Shown here: piece by piece, positions 24,811 through 34,575 of the stretch
How positions within the stretch are numbered: position 1 is the first letter of the stretch
Layout of the letters: every line of letters begins with the position of its first letter
The notes under the pieces: model-generated
Seen by the model: the letters and a program-made list of their open reading frames with translations, nothing else
What the model was told of the DNA's origin: nothing
Database searches by the model: none
Source of the DNA: a virus
Lineage: Duplodnaviria > Caudoviricetes
Virus record (IMG/VR): IMGVR_UViG_3300014208_000002
Location: 96,001 to 160,000 of that record
DNA: 64,000 bases
Reading direction: 5' to 3' (one strand)
Program-made: the position numbers and the translations under genes

Positions 24811-25747
24811 TTATTGACTCCTCATTTTCAGGTTTTTTTATTTTCAAGGCTTCACACAAAATATCATCTACTCGTTCATAATCTAAATATGAAATTCGTA
24901 AAAGTGTATAACCGTTCTCCTCACACCAGAGACTTTTTAATTCGTCGTGGTATTTTGTGTATTCTAAACTTGACTTAAATGTTCCATTATCAAATGCTCG
25001 GGATTTAAAATGTTGTTCTCCATCATACTCAATTATCATATTATAGTCTGGAATAAAAAAATCAAAAGGAAGAGGCTTTTTATCCCGACAAGTTTTAAAC
25101 CGTTTTTCTTGTTCACAGTCTATACCATGTCTATCTAAAAAATCTCGAATCCTTTTTTCTCCATGAGAGTCTAAACACGAAGAACATCCTTGCCCTACTA
25201 AATGTTTAACTGGAGATTGAAAAAAAGACCCATGTTTATTACAAATAATCTCCACCTTTGTTGCACTTTCTATATATTGTACTTTTGAATAATCATATTT
25301 ATCTCCGTGAACCTCTTTTGCTTTTCTAATAAAAATTTCTGTATCATAAGCTCTTTTTTCACAACCTTTCTCTCTTCCACAAAAAGTACAACCATAAGTA
25401 CTTTGTAAATGCTGAAAAGGAGTCATAGAAAATTGACCATGAACAGGACATATAATATCAATTATATTTCTACAACCTACATACTTTACATAAGAATAAT
25501 CAAATGTATTCCCAAACTTATTTTTAGCCTTTTCTAAAAAGGATTCCTTACCTCGACTCGTATATTTTGAACATCTTGGACAACCAGAGCCATTAAGATG
25601 ATTATGCATACTTTGAGCAAAAATACCATGACAAGGGCAAATAATATCAACAATTCCTGTTATTTTAACACAATCTAAAAGTGCAGTATATAAATACTTA
25701 TTTTTATGTATCTTTTCTGCACGAGTTAAAAATACTTCTTTAATCAA
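24794..25747 (-). CDS. Homing endonuclease-like protein with DUF723-like repeats and a Vsr/DUF559-like nuclease
   Basis: Three YDYS..Y....V.IIC..HG.F repeats; C-terminal PFDFFI..IEYDGEQHF. Confidence 0.8.
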   Translation of the reverse strand: MIKEVFLTRAEKIHKNKYLYTALLDCVKITGIVDIICPCHGIFAQSMHNHLNGSGCPRCSKYTSRGKESFLEKAKNKFGNTFDYSYVKYVGCRNIIDIICPVHGQFSMTPFQHLQSTYGCTFCGREKGCEKRAYDTEIFIRKAKEVHGDKYDYSKVQYIESATKVEIICNKHGSFFQSPVKHLVGQGCSSCLDSHGEKRIRDFLDRHGIDCEQEKRFKTCRDKKPLPFDFFIPDYNMIIEYDGEQHFKSRAFDNGTFKSSLEYTKYHDELKSLWCEENGYTLLRISYLDYERVDDILCEALKIKKPENEESINEENI

Positions 25748-25748
25748 C

Positions 25749-26348
25749 CTATCTTTCCTCTTTCATTCTCTCTTCATAGTCATCGTAAATCTCATTTAAG
25801 AAAATACTCTTATTCAAGAAAGTAGTAAACAAAGCTTCTTTATTCGTTGCTTCACGATACTGCCGAAGAAAAATAGTGACGGGGGACCGCAACTTATACC
25901 TATAGCAACGATTTTCATTGAGATTGCGAATAAATAACTCATCCCGCATTGTAATAATTTTTTCTATCCGCCAAACTTCTTTACTTATTACTTCTTTCTT
26001 CGCATCCAAATAACTCATAGGGTCTTTTCCGCTTGTGGCAAATTCGTTTAGTTCCTCAGCGGAATACTCAACATATTCCTTTTTCGTTATTTGAAATTGA
26101 GGATAAAACTTTTCAAGAAGAATATCTTTTATATCTTTAATATTCTCCTTTACTGTCTTGGAAAAGTCAAACTTTGAAGAGAACAACAGATTTTTATTCT
26201 CTTCTGACTCATTCATGTAAATTGAAACGCCATTTGGGGTTAACATAAAAGACATAGGAATTGGTGCTTTGTGGGCAAAACTCGTAAATCGTTTATTAAA
26301 CTCCTTATGAAACTCTGGACCTGCGACCGAACTTTTTTCGACTAACAT
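25749..26348 (-). CDS. Hypothetical protein
   Basis: SD GAGGAG; 199 aa. Confidence 0.6.
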   Translation of the reverse strand: MLVEKSSVAGPEFHKEFNKRFTSFAHKAPIPMSFMLTPNGVSIYMNESEENKNLLFSSKFDFSKTVKENIKDIKDILLEKFYPQFQITKKEYVEYSAEELNEFATSGKDPMSYLDAKKEVISKEVWRIEKIITMRDELFIRNLNENRCYRYKLRSPVTIFLRQYREATNKEALFTTFLNKSIFLNEIYDDYEERMKEER

Positions 26349-26396
26349 AAAGTCTCCTCTTTATTTTGCAATCTATTTTGCAAACATTCATTAGAT

Positions 26397-27470
26397 TCAG
26401 TCCTCAGATAATAGGACTGCTACAACATGCAAGTTATTAGTAGCAGTTCCAACTATATTTATAAGTCTGTTTGGTTCTTGCTCAGGATTAAACTGAATCT
26501 TTATCTTCTCATCTGGCATTGCTTCAAGCGCCCGTGCCGTAAGTCCCCGCATTACCATAAAGGACTCTCCGACTATTTCTGGAGAGCAATCCTCTATAGG
26601 AATAGACCTTTTGGCTATTTCCGCACCTTTAGCTTCCAAAATAAGAATATTTTCTGTTTCTATCTTGAAACTAATGGGGTCTGTAGATAAATTGGATGTA
26701 AAAATCTTAAAAAAGCCCATTTGGTCGGATAATTCCTTTTTATTGACAGTAAAGGAAGTAGCATGATTATAGCCTTCTACCCAAAAAGGTTCATCAACTG
26801 GTGGGACTAGAAGACTCTCTACTGTTGGAGCCATAACCAAAAAATTATTATTATCAAAAGAAAGAAAGAAAGACTCCATATCTTCCTTATAAAGGAGGTT
26901 TACACCATAAGATTCAGCTATAAGTGCTATTCTTAAAACATAATCAGGCAATTTAATGCTTGGAAAGTCAACACTATGATTCGTTTCAAAAACTCGATAG
27001 CCATCACTGGAAATGATCCGCTTTTCCTTCATAGAAATTCCAGCATAGTTACTGTCAATATTATTTGTCCCGGTAAACTGTACCGCCAAACGAAGTGCTT
27101 CAAATACATCGCTTGCAATTGTTATTGTTGTATAGTCTGTTGTATCAAAATTAAGAAGATCAAAAGTCTCATTATAAGCAGTTAGCTTGAACTTATCCTC
27201 TCCATTGGCGAACTCCAAATTTTCATCAATTTCAAAAAAATCATAAGCTTGACAAATAGTCAGAAACTTTTCCATATCTACAAAAAAGTTATCTATCTTA
27301 TCCCCCTCATATTTAAATGCAAATCGTCCAGCGAGATTAGGGTTAATGAGGTAGCCAAAGGAGTCTTCAAAATTAAGATAAATACTTTTACTTTTTTGGT
27401 CATCATTGCTATGGAACTTCTCAATAATCTTGGAATACTTCTTAAAACTCTCAGTGTATAACTTCATCAA
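26397..27470 (-). CDS. DNA polymerase sliding clamp, beta (DnaN)-like
   Basis: 357 aa; ISSDGYRVF resembles the DnaN ATDGHRL motif; replication context. Confidence 0.65.
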   Translation of the reverse strand: MMKLYTESFKKYSKIIEKFHSNDDQKSKSIYLNFEDSFGYLINPNLAGRFAFKYEGDKIDNFFVDMEKFLTICQAYDFFEIDENLEFANGEDKFKLTAYNETFDLLNFDTTDYTTITIASDVFEALRLAVQFTGTNNIDSNYAGISMKEKRIISSDGYRVFETNHSVDFPSIKLPDYVLRIALIAESYGVNLLYKEDMESFFLSFDNNNFLVMAPTVESLLVPPVDEPFWVEGYNHATSFTVNKKELSDQMGFFKIFTSNLSTDPISFKIETENILILEAKGAEIAKRSIPIEDCSPEIVGESFMVMRGLTARALEAMPDEKIKIQFNPEQEPNRLINIVGTATNNLHVVAVLLSED

Positions 27471-27552
27471 TTTCTCCTTGGGAAGGTCTTATCATATAAT
27501 ATAACCTGAAAAAAGAGATAGTTCAAGTGGAAAAAGCTACTAATATGGCATA

Positions 27553-27966
27553 ATGTTGCCAATACAGCAAATTTTTATAAAACCAAGCACACCTAAATTA
27601 TGTGCCTACACAATAAATACCTCTCCCGATCTTCATTCAATGACTTATGAAGAAATGTATTTTTTTATTGCCCGGCTAGTCTCTCCAGAGGCGGCTAATA
27701 AGGCAAAAGAGCTTATTGATAAAAAAGAAGCCTTTTTTGTAGATATAGAAGAAAATAAAGTATATGAACTTTCTATAGATTATTATGCCGCTGAACAAGA
27801 AGCAAGAAAAATACTTACTAAAATAGATAAGAAAGTAATAGAAAACTTAGTATATAAATCACAAACTCCCGAGCAAAAAAATCCAGTATTAGGAATAGAC
27901 CTTCAGAATAGGATACAACGGTCAATTTTAGGAATAGGCGGAGATAATAATGAAAAGAATAGATGA
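27553..27966 (+). CDS. Hypothetical late protein
   Basis: TACTAATA motif at 27538 upstream. Confidence 0.55.
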   Translation: MLPIQQIFIKPSTPKLCAYTINTSPDLHSMTYEEMYFFIARLVSPEAANKAKELIDKKEAFFVDIEENKVYELSIDYYAAEQEARKILTKIDKKVIENLVYKSQTPEQKNPVLGIDLQNRIQRSILGIGGDNNEKNR

Positions 27967-30900
27967 AGCATTTTATGATACAAATACTAAAAGTTCTTTT
28001 ATCGGAGACTCTAATAAAATAAACGAAGCTCTTCATATAACTTGGTTAGGTCTTCTTTCTGTACGACAGATAACAGGAAATTCTTTTCGTATAAAAAAAT
28101 TACTTCGCTCTGATAAAGACCTAAATATAACAAGTATTACAGACGACAATAACGATCTAAGCCTTATTGTTAAATTAGCGAATGATGCTGGAATAGTAAA
28201 CAATATAACTGCTAAAAAAATGATTCTGTTTCTTAGAAGTTTAAAACTAAATCCTGATGACCCTATAGATGAAACAATTATTCGTGATTGGTTTGATGGG
28301 TATTCTAAAATATCTCTTCCTAATAATGTTAAAATAAGAGCCATACGAAAACAATTTGTAGATGGAAAAACCTTAGCCGATTGTATTTTTGATGTTTGGT
28401 CTTATTTAAGAATGAATAAAAAAGTTTTAGCTGATACCAATGTTTTTCAATTTGTAAAGCATACAATGTATTTCCCCCCCAAGGGTTCTATAATAGATAA
28501 AAAAGGTGGAAATGCTACAACTGCCGCTACCCCCGCTTCAACTCTTGTCTCTGCACCATCTTCTGCACAAGCCCCTATAAAAAGAGGTCGGGGACGACCA
28601 AGAAAAATTATTGATCCAAATCAAGTTATAGCACAAGTTAACATACAAACTTCTACAACAGTTAACACCCCGACTCAAACAACAGCAAATGATAAACTGG
28701 ATATAGATAAAATAAATGCATATATTCTGCAATTTGACTCATTAACAGGGTTTAAAAACTTACCAGACAAGAATCTAATAAATGATAGAAATTTTATTGC
28801 GTCTCGTTTTTTTAGTACTTATCATGTATCAACAATTTTATCATCGCTTTTTGACTTAATAAAAGAAGGTACAGGAGAATCAGATAGATCAAAAATAGTT
28901 GATTTCTTTCACGATGAATTAGAAGACCTCTTAAAAATGAATCTGGGACTTATCAATCATACGAATCTTCGCACAAGTTCTTTAGAACAACTTGTAAAAA
29001 TTATCTTTATATTATCAGGGTTTGATGATATAACAACAGACTTTTTTGAGAATAATATAAAAGAAATTTATAGCTCAATTAAAGCTACAAATGGAGCAGG
29101 AGAGAGTTTCCTTGATCAGACTGCTTATCATATTTGGAATACACCTATCTTAATAAAGTTTCTTATAAAAGATGAAATAGGTTCTTCTGTAAAAGACCTT
29201 TATTCTTTTGTTTATAAAATTTTTGGCAGTCAAATAAAATATATGAACGCTGTAAGCACAGAAGCAAAAGTTCAAGATATGAAATTATCTAATATGAGAA
29301 AGATAATGCCTTATATTGAACAAAAATTTGATATAGAAAAAATAATTAGTGATGAGTTTGTATCTTTTTCTTATAAAGGTGTTCCACAAAAGAGTAGTAG
29401 ACCTTCTTATTCATATCGTAGTAGACCAAGATCATCAAGAGTTAATTCTACTGAAACAAGATATCTTCCTTTCTTTGTTCTGGATTGTTTTATTGAAGAT
29501 AATATAATTACTGAAAAAGATGTTTATTTAACAGTAAAAAATAAATATGAAACTTCTGCGGAACGCTATAAATACATTGACTTACTCAATTACTTTGGAA
29601 AAAAGTATCGGGAAACATTAGATGTATCTTTAATGTCAGATGCAGAATATATTGATTTACAAAAACAAGAAAGTAATATGAATGCTTATGCTCGTTATCT
29701 TAAACTAATAGAACATAACAGAGAAAACCTATTAGACAATGATGAGTTTATTACAATATTGGAAAGTAATTCTTTTAATTCTTTATATGATGATATTCCT
29801 TTACTACTTTCAAAAGGCGAAGGTGTAAGTGCTTTAATAAAAAAAATATATTCTTACTATAGTCGTTATACTAAACTATTTTCTTTGATTCTTAAATATT
29901 TTATAAAAGAAAAAATACTTAATAATTATAATTTATACCCTACTAATTTTTGGGAATTATATGATTATCTTCCCAGTGATTTAGAAAAAGAAAATTTATT
30001 AAAAATGCTGTCTAATAAAGATAATATAAATAAAGCTCCTACTTTTATAACGCTTCTTATGATGGGCGTAGGAACCGGAAGAATAAAATATGATTATATA
30101 ACACAGTGGATAAAAGATAATTCTTTCTTTAAAGAAGGAAAGTTCTCTTATGGCTCCGAAATAGATAAAGATAGAAACGATGCTTTATCTCAAGCTGATT
30201 GGGATTCTAATAAAAAGTTTGGAAAAATATTCCTTATTGATTTTATTCTAAAAGAGGGAGATAATGCAGATAACTATTTTTCAAACGATAATTATTTTCT
30301 TTATCAATTATTAGACAACTATGTTGAATATGAAGAAAAAGATTGGATGCTTAGTAAAGAATTATCTAATCTGATGGTTGTGGAAAAAGACAAACTCAAT
30401 CAGTTTATTTTAGGAGATTACATCCCAACTGGTAATGCTCTATCGTATGTTTATAAGTCAGTTGTAAAATCTTTTATTCCAAAACAAAATATATTTGAGA
30501 TAATGTATAATAAAATAAAAAAGGATTTTTCTTCTTCTGCTTCATTGCAAAATTTTGATAGTCTTACCTATGTTAGAAATAAATCACAAACCTTTGATTT
30601 TTCATTCTCTGCATTTATGGACTTCCTTTCAAAAGTTGACCCAAAATTATTTTCTGAAATGGCTTTAGTCGCTCCTACTGCCCGTGATTTATTTTCAATA
30701 TTTCTTACTGGAGTTCCTGATTCCATAGAGCCTAAATTAAAAGAACATGCTGTTAATCTCCTATCTAAAGAAAATAATGATCCTTCTTATAGATGGCGAG
30801 GAGATAATATACAGAAAGTTCTTACTGATTGGTCTAAAGTTTATTATTATAAAGACATCGTTCTTTTATTTATTTCTAATACTAATTTCCGAGCGAGCAT

Positions 30901-32005
30901 AAAAAGCGCACGAAGAGTATGGAAGTTTATTGATACAGTGTTTACTTATATAACAGATAAAGATACATTCCAGGGAAATAAGCCTGTAGAAGACTTTCTT
31001 GAATGGTTTGAAAAAAACAATCGTAATAAGTTCTCTCTTCTCATGACACGAAAATTAGCTTATATGAAAGACTCTATCCAATTAACAAAGATTCTTGAAG
31101 ATAAACATAATCCTCTTCCATTAAGTGATAGTGTAAAATCTGACCCTAAATTAGTTCTCAAGTATCTTTCTGTAAATGACAGAACATTAGACCTTGATGA
31201 AACTAATTTTAAAGATTTACTTCCTCCAAAAGATAAGGGAGAAAATTTATTCACTTACATGGACAGGCTTACTAATGCTACTTCTGATATAGTAAAAGCA
31301 TATAATGATAAAATTCCTGATCCAAAAGTAATTCCTACAGATATATCGGACAAAGACCTCTATGAACTTTCACTTGATTTTAATCATAGGTATAATATAA
31401 AAAGACATGGTGATTTGGGATTTAAAATCTTAAAGGTTTTTGAGAGCAACCCCAGCAATAAACAAGAGTTTGAAGACTTCTATAAAGAACTTCAAGCCGC
31501 TGGTAAAAATCCCCTCATTGTTGCTGAACCTCTTTTTCATGGAACAGGAACATTGGCCGCTAATATGATTCTTAGATATTTTTTCCTTCCTTCTATTAGA
31601 GGAGACTCTGTAAAAGTATTTGGACAAAAAATAGGTTCAGGAGATAGTTTGGGTAATGGGGTTTATTTAGCTCCTGGATTAGATAAAGCATTAAGTTATA
31701 TGACAGATAATGCTCGTAATTATAATCAAGCGGCTGGAAATATAGGGTATATCCTTCAATGTAAAGCTATTCTCTATGATGAGGGAGTTGGCTTCAACCA
31801 AGCTAAAGGTTCTCAAAGTTGGAAAAGTAATGAGTATTGTATTCACACTGACCCTCCTACAAAAGCTGTACTCGTAGAAAAAGTATATTATGGTATGTCT
31901 ATACCAATTAGAGAGTTAGAAGATGAATGGGCAAAAAGAGGAATAACAACTCCTCCTGGAGCAAGTGCCTATGGCGACCTGTCAACCTTAAAAGCAGGAA
32001 GTTGA
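27950..32005 (+). CDS. 1351-aa protein with C-terminal PARP-like (H-Y-E) ADP-ribosyltransferase domain
   Basis: LFHGTG, LGNGVYLA, KALSY and NEYCI motifs; AT-hook KRGRGRPRK. Confidence 0.75.
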   Translation: MKRIDEAFYDTNTKSSFIGDSNKINEALHITWLGLLSVRQITGNSFRIKKLLRSDKDLNITSITDDNNDLSLIVKLANDAGIVNNITAKKMILFLRSLKLNPDDPIDETIIRDWFDGYSKISLPNNVKIRAIRKQFVDGKTLADCIFDVWSYLRMNKKVLADTNVFQFVKHTMYFPPKGSIIDKKGGNATTAATPASTLVSAPSSAQAPIKRGRGRPRKIIDPNQVIAQVNIQTSTTVNTPTQTTANDKLDIDKINAYILQFDSLTGFKNLPDKNLINDRNFIASRFFSTYHVSTILSSLFDLIKEGTGESDRSKIVDFFHDELEDLLKMNLGLINHTNLRTSSLEQLVKIIFILSGFDDITTDFFENNIKEIYSSIKATNGAGESFLDQTAYHIWNTPILIKFLIKDEIGSSVKDLYSFVYKIFGSQIKYMNAVSTEAKVQDMKLSNMRKIMPYIEQKFDIEKIISDEFVSFSYKGVPQKSSRPSYSYRSRPRSSRVNSTETRYLPFFVLDCFIEDNIITEKDVYLTVKNKYETSAERYKYIDLLNYFGKKYRETLDVSLMSDAEYIDLQKQESNMNAYARYLKLIEHNRENLLDNDEFITILESNSFNSLYDDIPLLLSKGEGVSALIKKIYSYYSRYTKLFSLILKYFIKEKILNNYNLYPTNFWELYDYLPSDLEKENLLKMLSNKDNINKAPTFITLLMMGVGTGRIKYDYITQWIKDNSFFKEGKFSYGSEIDKDRNDALSQADWDSNKKFGKIFLIDFILKEGDNADNYFSNDNYFLYQLLDNYVEYEEKDWMLSKELSNLMVVEKDKLNQFILGDYIPTGNALSYVYKSVVKSFIPKQNIFEIMYNKIKKDFSSSASLQNFDSLTYVRNKSQTFDFSFSAFMDFLSKVDPKLFSEMALVAPTARDLFSIFLTGVPDSIEPKLKEHAVNLLSKENNDPSYRWRGDNIQKVLTDWSKVYYYKDIVLLFISNTNFRASIKSARRVWKFIDTVFTYITDKDTFQGNKPVEDFLEWFEKNNRNKFSLLMTRKLAYMKDSIQLTKILEDKHNPLPLSDSVKSDPKLVLKYLSVNDRTLDLDETNFKDLLPPKDKGENLFTYMDRLTNATSDIVKAYNDKIPDPKVIPTDISDKDLYELSLDFNHRYNIKRHGDLGFKILKVFESNPSNKQEFEDFYKELQAAGKNPLIVAEPLFHGTGTLAANMILRYFFLPSIRGDSVKVFGQKIGSGDSLGNGVYLAPGLDKALSYMTDNARNYNQAAGNIGYILQCKAILYDEGVGFNQAKGSQSWKSNEYCIHTDPPTKAVLVEKVYYGMSIPIRELEDEWAKRGITTPPGASAYGDLSTLKAGS

Positions 32006-32048
32006 TAGGTAAGATGAATTCCGGTATATTAGATAAGAGGAGTAGTAC

Positions 32049-32417
32049 ATGAGAAAGATTTTAATAAAAGAACAAGATATAAACACATCTCCTGAAGTCT
32101 ATCAAAACCTTATGGTATATCAATTTAGAAACACTCAAGAAGTTCCTATTGCTGATGATACTTTTGTTTCCCTTAATGACTTTAACAAACAATCAGAAGA
32201 ATCGGGAATGACAAACCTTACTTGGGCTGAATTTGCAAGAGAGGGTATATTCGTTTATGTCAAGAATAATATTGGACTCTCTGATACTCTTATAGTATCC
32301 GATATAGATGAATTTATTTTTACCAATCCAGAGGGCTTGTGGAGTCAATATCAAACCATTACACTGAAGCCTCTTGGATACATTGAGAATATTGTTGAAG
32401 ATGATGGAGAAGAATAA
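32049..32417 (+). CDS. Hypothetical acidic protein
   Basis: SD GAGGAG; 122 aa. Confidence 0.6.
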   Translation: MRKILIKEQDINTSPEVYQNLMVYQFRNTQEVPIADDTFVSLNDFNKQSEESGMTNLTWAEFAREGIFVYVKNNIGLSDTLIVSDIDEFIFTNPEGLWSQYQTITLKPLGYIENIVEDDGEE

Positions 32418-32458
32418 CTTAATATTTTCTCTTAGAAAATAAGGATATAATATATAAG

Positions 32459-34411
32459 ATGCTAAATTATTTTCTCGTTGGTAATGAAAAATTATCTCGA
32501 TTCCAAGACTACTCAAATCAATTCCCCGAACAATATAGTTATATTATAAATGTTCTATTTAGGGACAAAAAACTCTATAAATCTATTGATAAATCCACAA
32601 AAACTATTCTATTCAATATCCTCGCCAACTTAAAGGAACGGGATAACCGCTACCAAATGACATTAGAATATAATGATTCCCTTGTTAGTAAAAACTATAA
32701 AATAGAAAAAGAAAATGAAAAAAAGCTTGAATCTCTAAAGCGGCCCAAGAAAGATGATGGAAAGAAACGATATAAGAAACATACACCGGAAAGTAAAAAA
32801 AATAAATTTATTGAAATGAAAAAAAGAATGATAAAACCTTTACTCAAGAAAAGAGTAGTTCCAAATAAAACTCTCTTTGTATATCTCTCAAGCGCCATGT
32901 ACACAAAGGAAATCCTTTCTAAAAATGAAATCCTCAATGATGTAATGAATACACATGGATTCTCGTATACTTCTTTAAAGAAAGCTATATCCATCCTTGA
33001 GTCAATGAACATGATAAAAATAGAAAAAGGCGGAAGGAAATTCTTTATACCCGGATTTGATGACTATGAAGAAAAACCAAGTAATATAAAGTATTCTATT
33101 CGACGAAATAAAGCTTATGCTTATGAAGATACCATATCCGAGATTGAATTACTCCCTATGAAGGACTGGAATATAGACTATTCCAGTTTTGAGGAAGGAA
33201 TACTTTTTCTTTCAGCTTTTCAATCTCTTAGCTTTAGAGAAAAAACTGATATTCAAAAAAGTAAAAAGGATTATGGTTGTTTTGTTGTAGATAAACTTCA
33301 TGATTTAGATGGAAATTTACTACCTCTTAATAATCATAAAAAAAAGATTGAAAAGGCAGATGAATATAGTGTATCTCCTGCGCCCTTTCTTTATAAGAAT
33401 AGGTTAAAAAGAATAAATAGTAATCTTCCAAACTTTTCTCATTACCAAAGAGGATTTATAAATTCTGTAGATTTTGGTGGGCGGTTTTATTCTCCTATGT
33501 CATTTATTAAAAATGAAGCTATTGAACCTCTTCTTAATAAGTTCAATATAGAAAAATTAGACTTTTCATCGTTTGGTCCTAATTGTTTGTACTTGCTTAC
33601 TACAGGGGAGAAATATAAAGGGGATATGTATTTGGATGTTATCAGAAATATAAATGCTATCCCCCAAAAATTACAGAAGTTCTATAGGCCAATTATGAAG
33701 AAAATGATGAGTTCCCATTTTGGGAACAATGGGAAGTCTAATTCTTGCCAGTCTATTAGAACTATGTTAATAGATAGTGGACTATACTACTCTGAAAAAT
33801 TTCTTAAAGATTTTGACCCGAGATACTTCCACGAAGGTAAATGGTTTGAGCCAAGAAAAGATGAAAAGATAAAACAGAAAAAATATCTTGAAGAAAATGG
33901 ATTTAAAGAGGAAATAAATTTAATTCCATTAACGATAGACGAAGTTATTAGCTCCTTTGAAAAAGTTCATTCAAAGATCAAGATTTTTTTCCACCATGAT
34001 ATATCTATAAAGATTCAGAATATAGAATCAGAAATAGCTGAAGAAATAATGATTGACATGAAAAATGATGGTTTATTTCCATTTAGTAGACACGACGCTT
34101 TTTATGTACCAAAAAGTTTAGTAAAAAAATATGAAAAGAAAATGGAAGAGTATTTGGTTCGGGTTTGTAAAAAATATTCTTTTTCTTTTGAGAATGAAAA
34201 TTCCCCTATACCTCCTCTTTGCATATTTAAGATTAAGAATTCTTCATCTAATTTTATAAAGAATGTGGGTAAGAAATTATTTTATAAATTATCTTATGTA
34301 AATAAAAATAATAAGTATATGTACTCAATTTTTCGTCTATTTAATAATACTGATAAGATGTTTAGTGGAATAATTATTAGAACAATTATTCCAGCCCCAT
34401 ATACAGGATAG
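32459..34411 (+). CDS. Family-A polymerase-superfamily-like protein with N-terminal helical/wHTH region
   Basis: DFGGRFY, LDFSSFGP (motif A), RPIMK..FG (motif B-like), IQNIESEI and RHDAFYV (motif C). Confidence 0.55.
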   Translation: MLNYFLVGNEKLSRFQDYSNQFPEQYSYIINVLFRDKKLYKSIDKSTKTILFNILANLKERDNRYQMTLEYNDSLVSKNYKIEKENEKKLESLKRPKKDDGKKRYKKHTPESKKNKFIEMKKRMIKPLLKKRVVPNKTLFVYLSSAMYTKEILSKNEILNDVMNTHGFSYTSLKKAISILESMNMIKIEKGGRKFFIPGFDDYEEKPSNIKYSIRRNKAYAYEDTISEIELLPMKDWNIDYSSFEEGILFLSAFQSLSFREKTDIQKSKKDYGCFVVDKLHDLDGNLLPLNNHKKKIEKADEYSVSPAPFLYKNRLKRINSNLPNFSHYQRGFINSVDFGGRFYSPMSFIKNEAIEPLLNKFNIEKLDFSSFGPNCLYLLTTGEKYKGDMYLDVIRNINAIPQKLQKFYRPIMKKMMSSHFGNNGKSNSCQSIRTMLIDSGLYYSEKFLKDFDPRYFHEGKWFEPRKDEKIKQKKYLEENGFKEEINLIPLTIDEVISSFEKVHSKIKIFFHHDISIKIQNIESEIAEEIMIDMKNDGLFPFSRHDAFYVPKSLVKKYEKKMEEYLVRVCKKYSFSFENENSPIPPLCIFKIKNSSSNFIKNVGKKLFYKLSYVNKNNKYMYSIFRLFNNTDKMFSGIIIRTIIPAPYTG

Positions 34412-34575
34412 TTAAACTTTTTTAAAGGAAATGAGACTAATTTTAGAATACTTTTTAGTTTTATAGGGAAGGTCTACTAATACAGTTGAGCTTTGGGGAA
34501 ACCCACACTATATTATAAATAGCCTAGTAAGGCAAAAACAAGCTATTCCGTAAAACCGGAAAAAAGGAGAACAGT

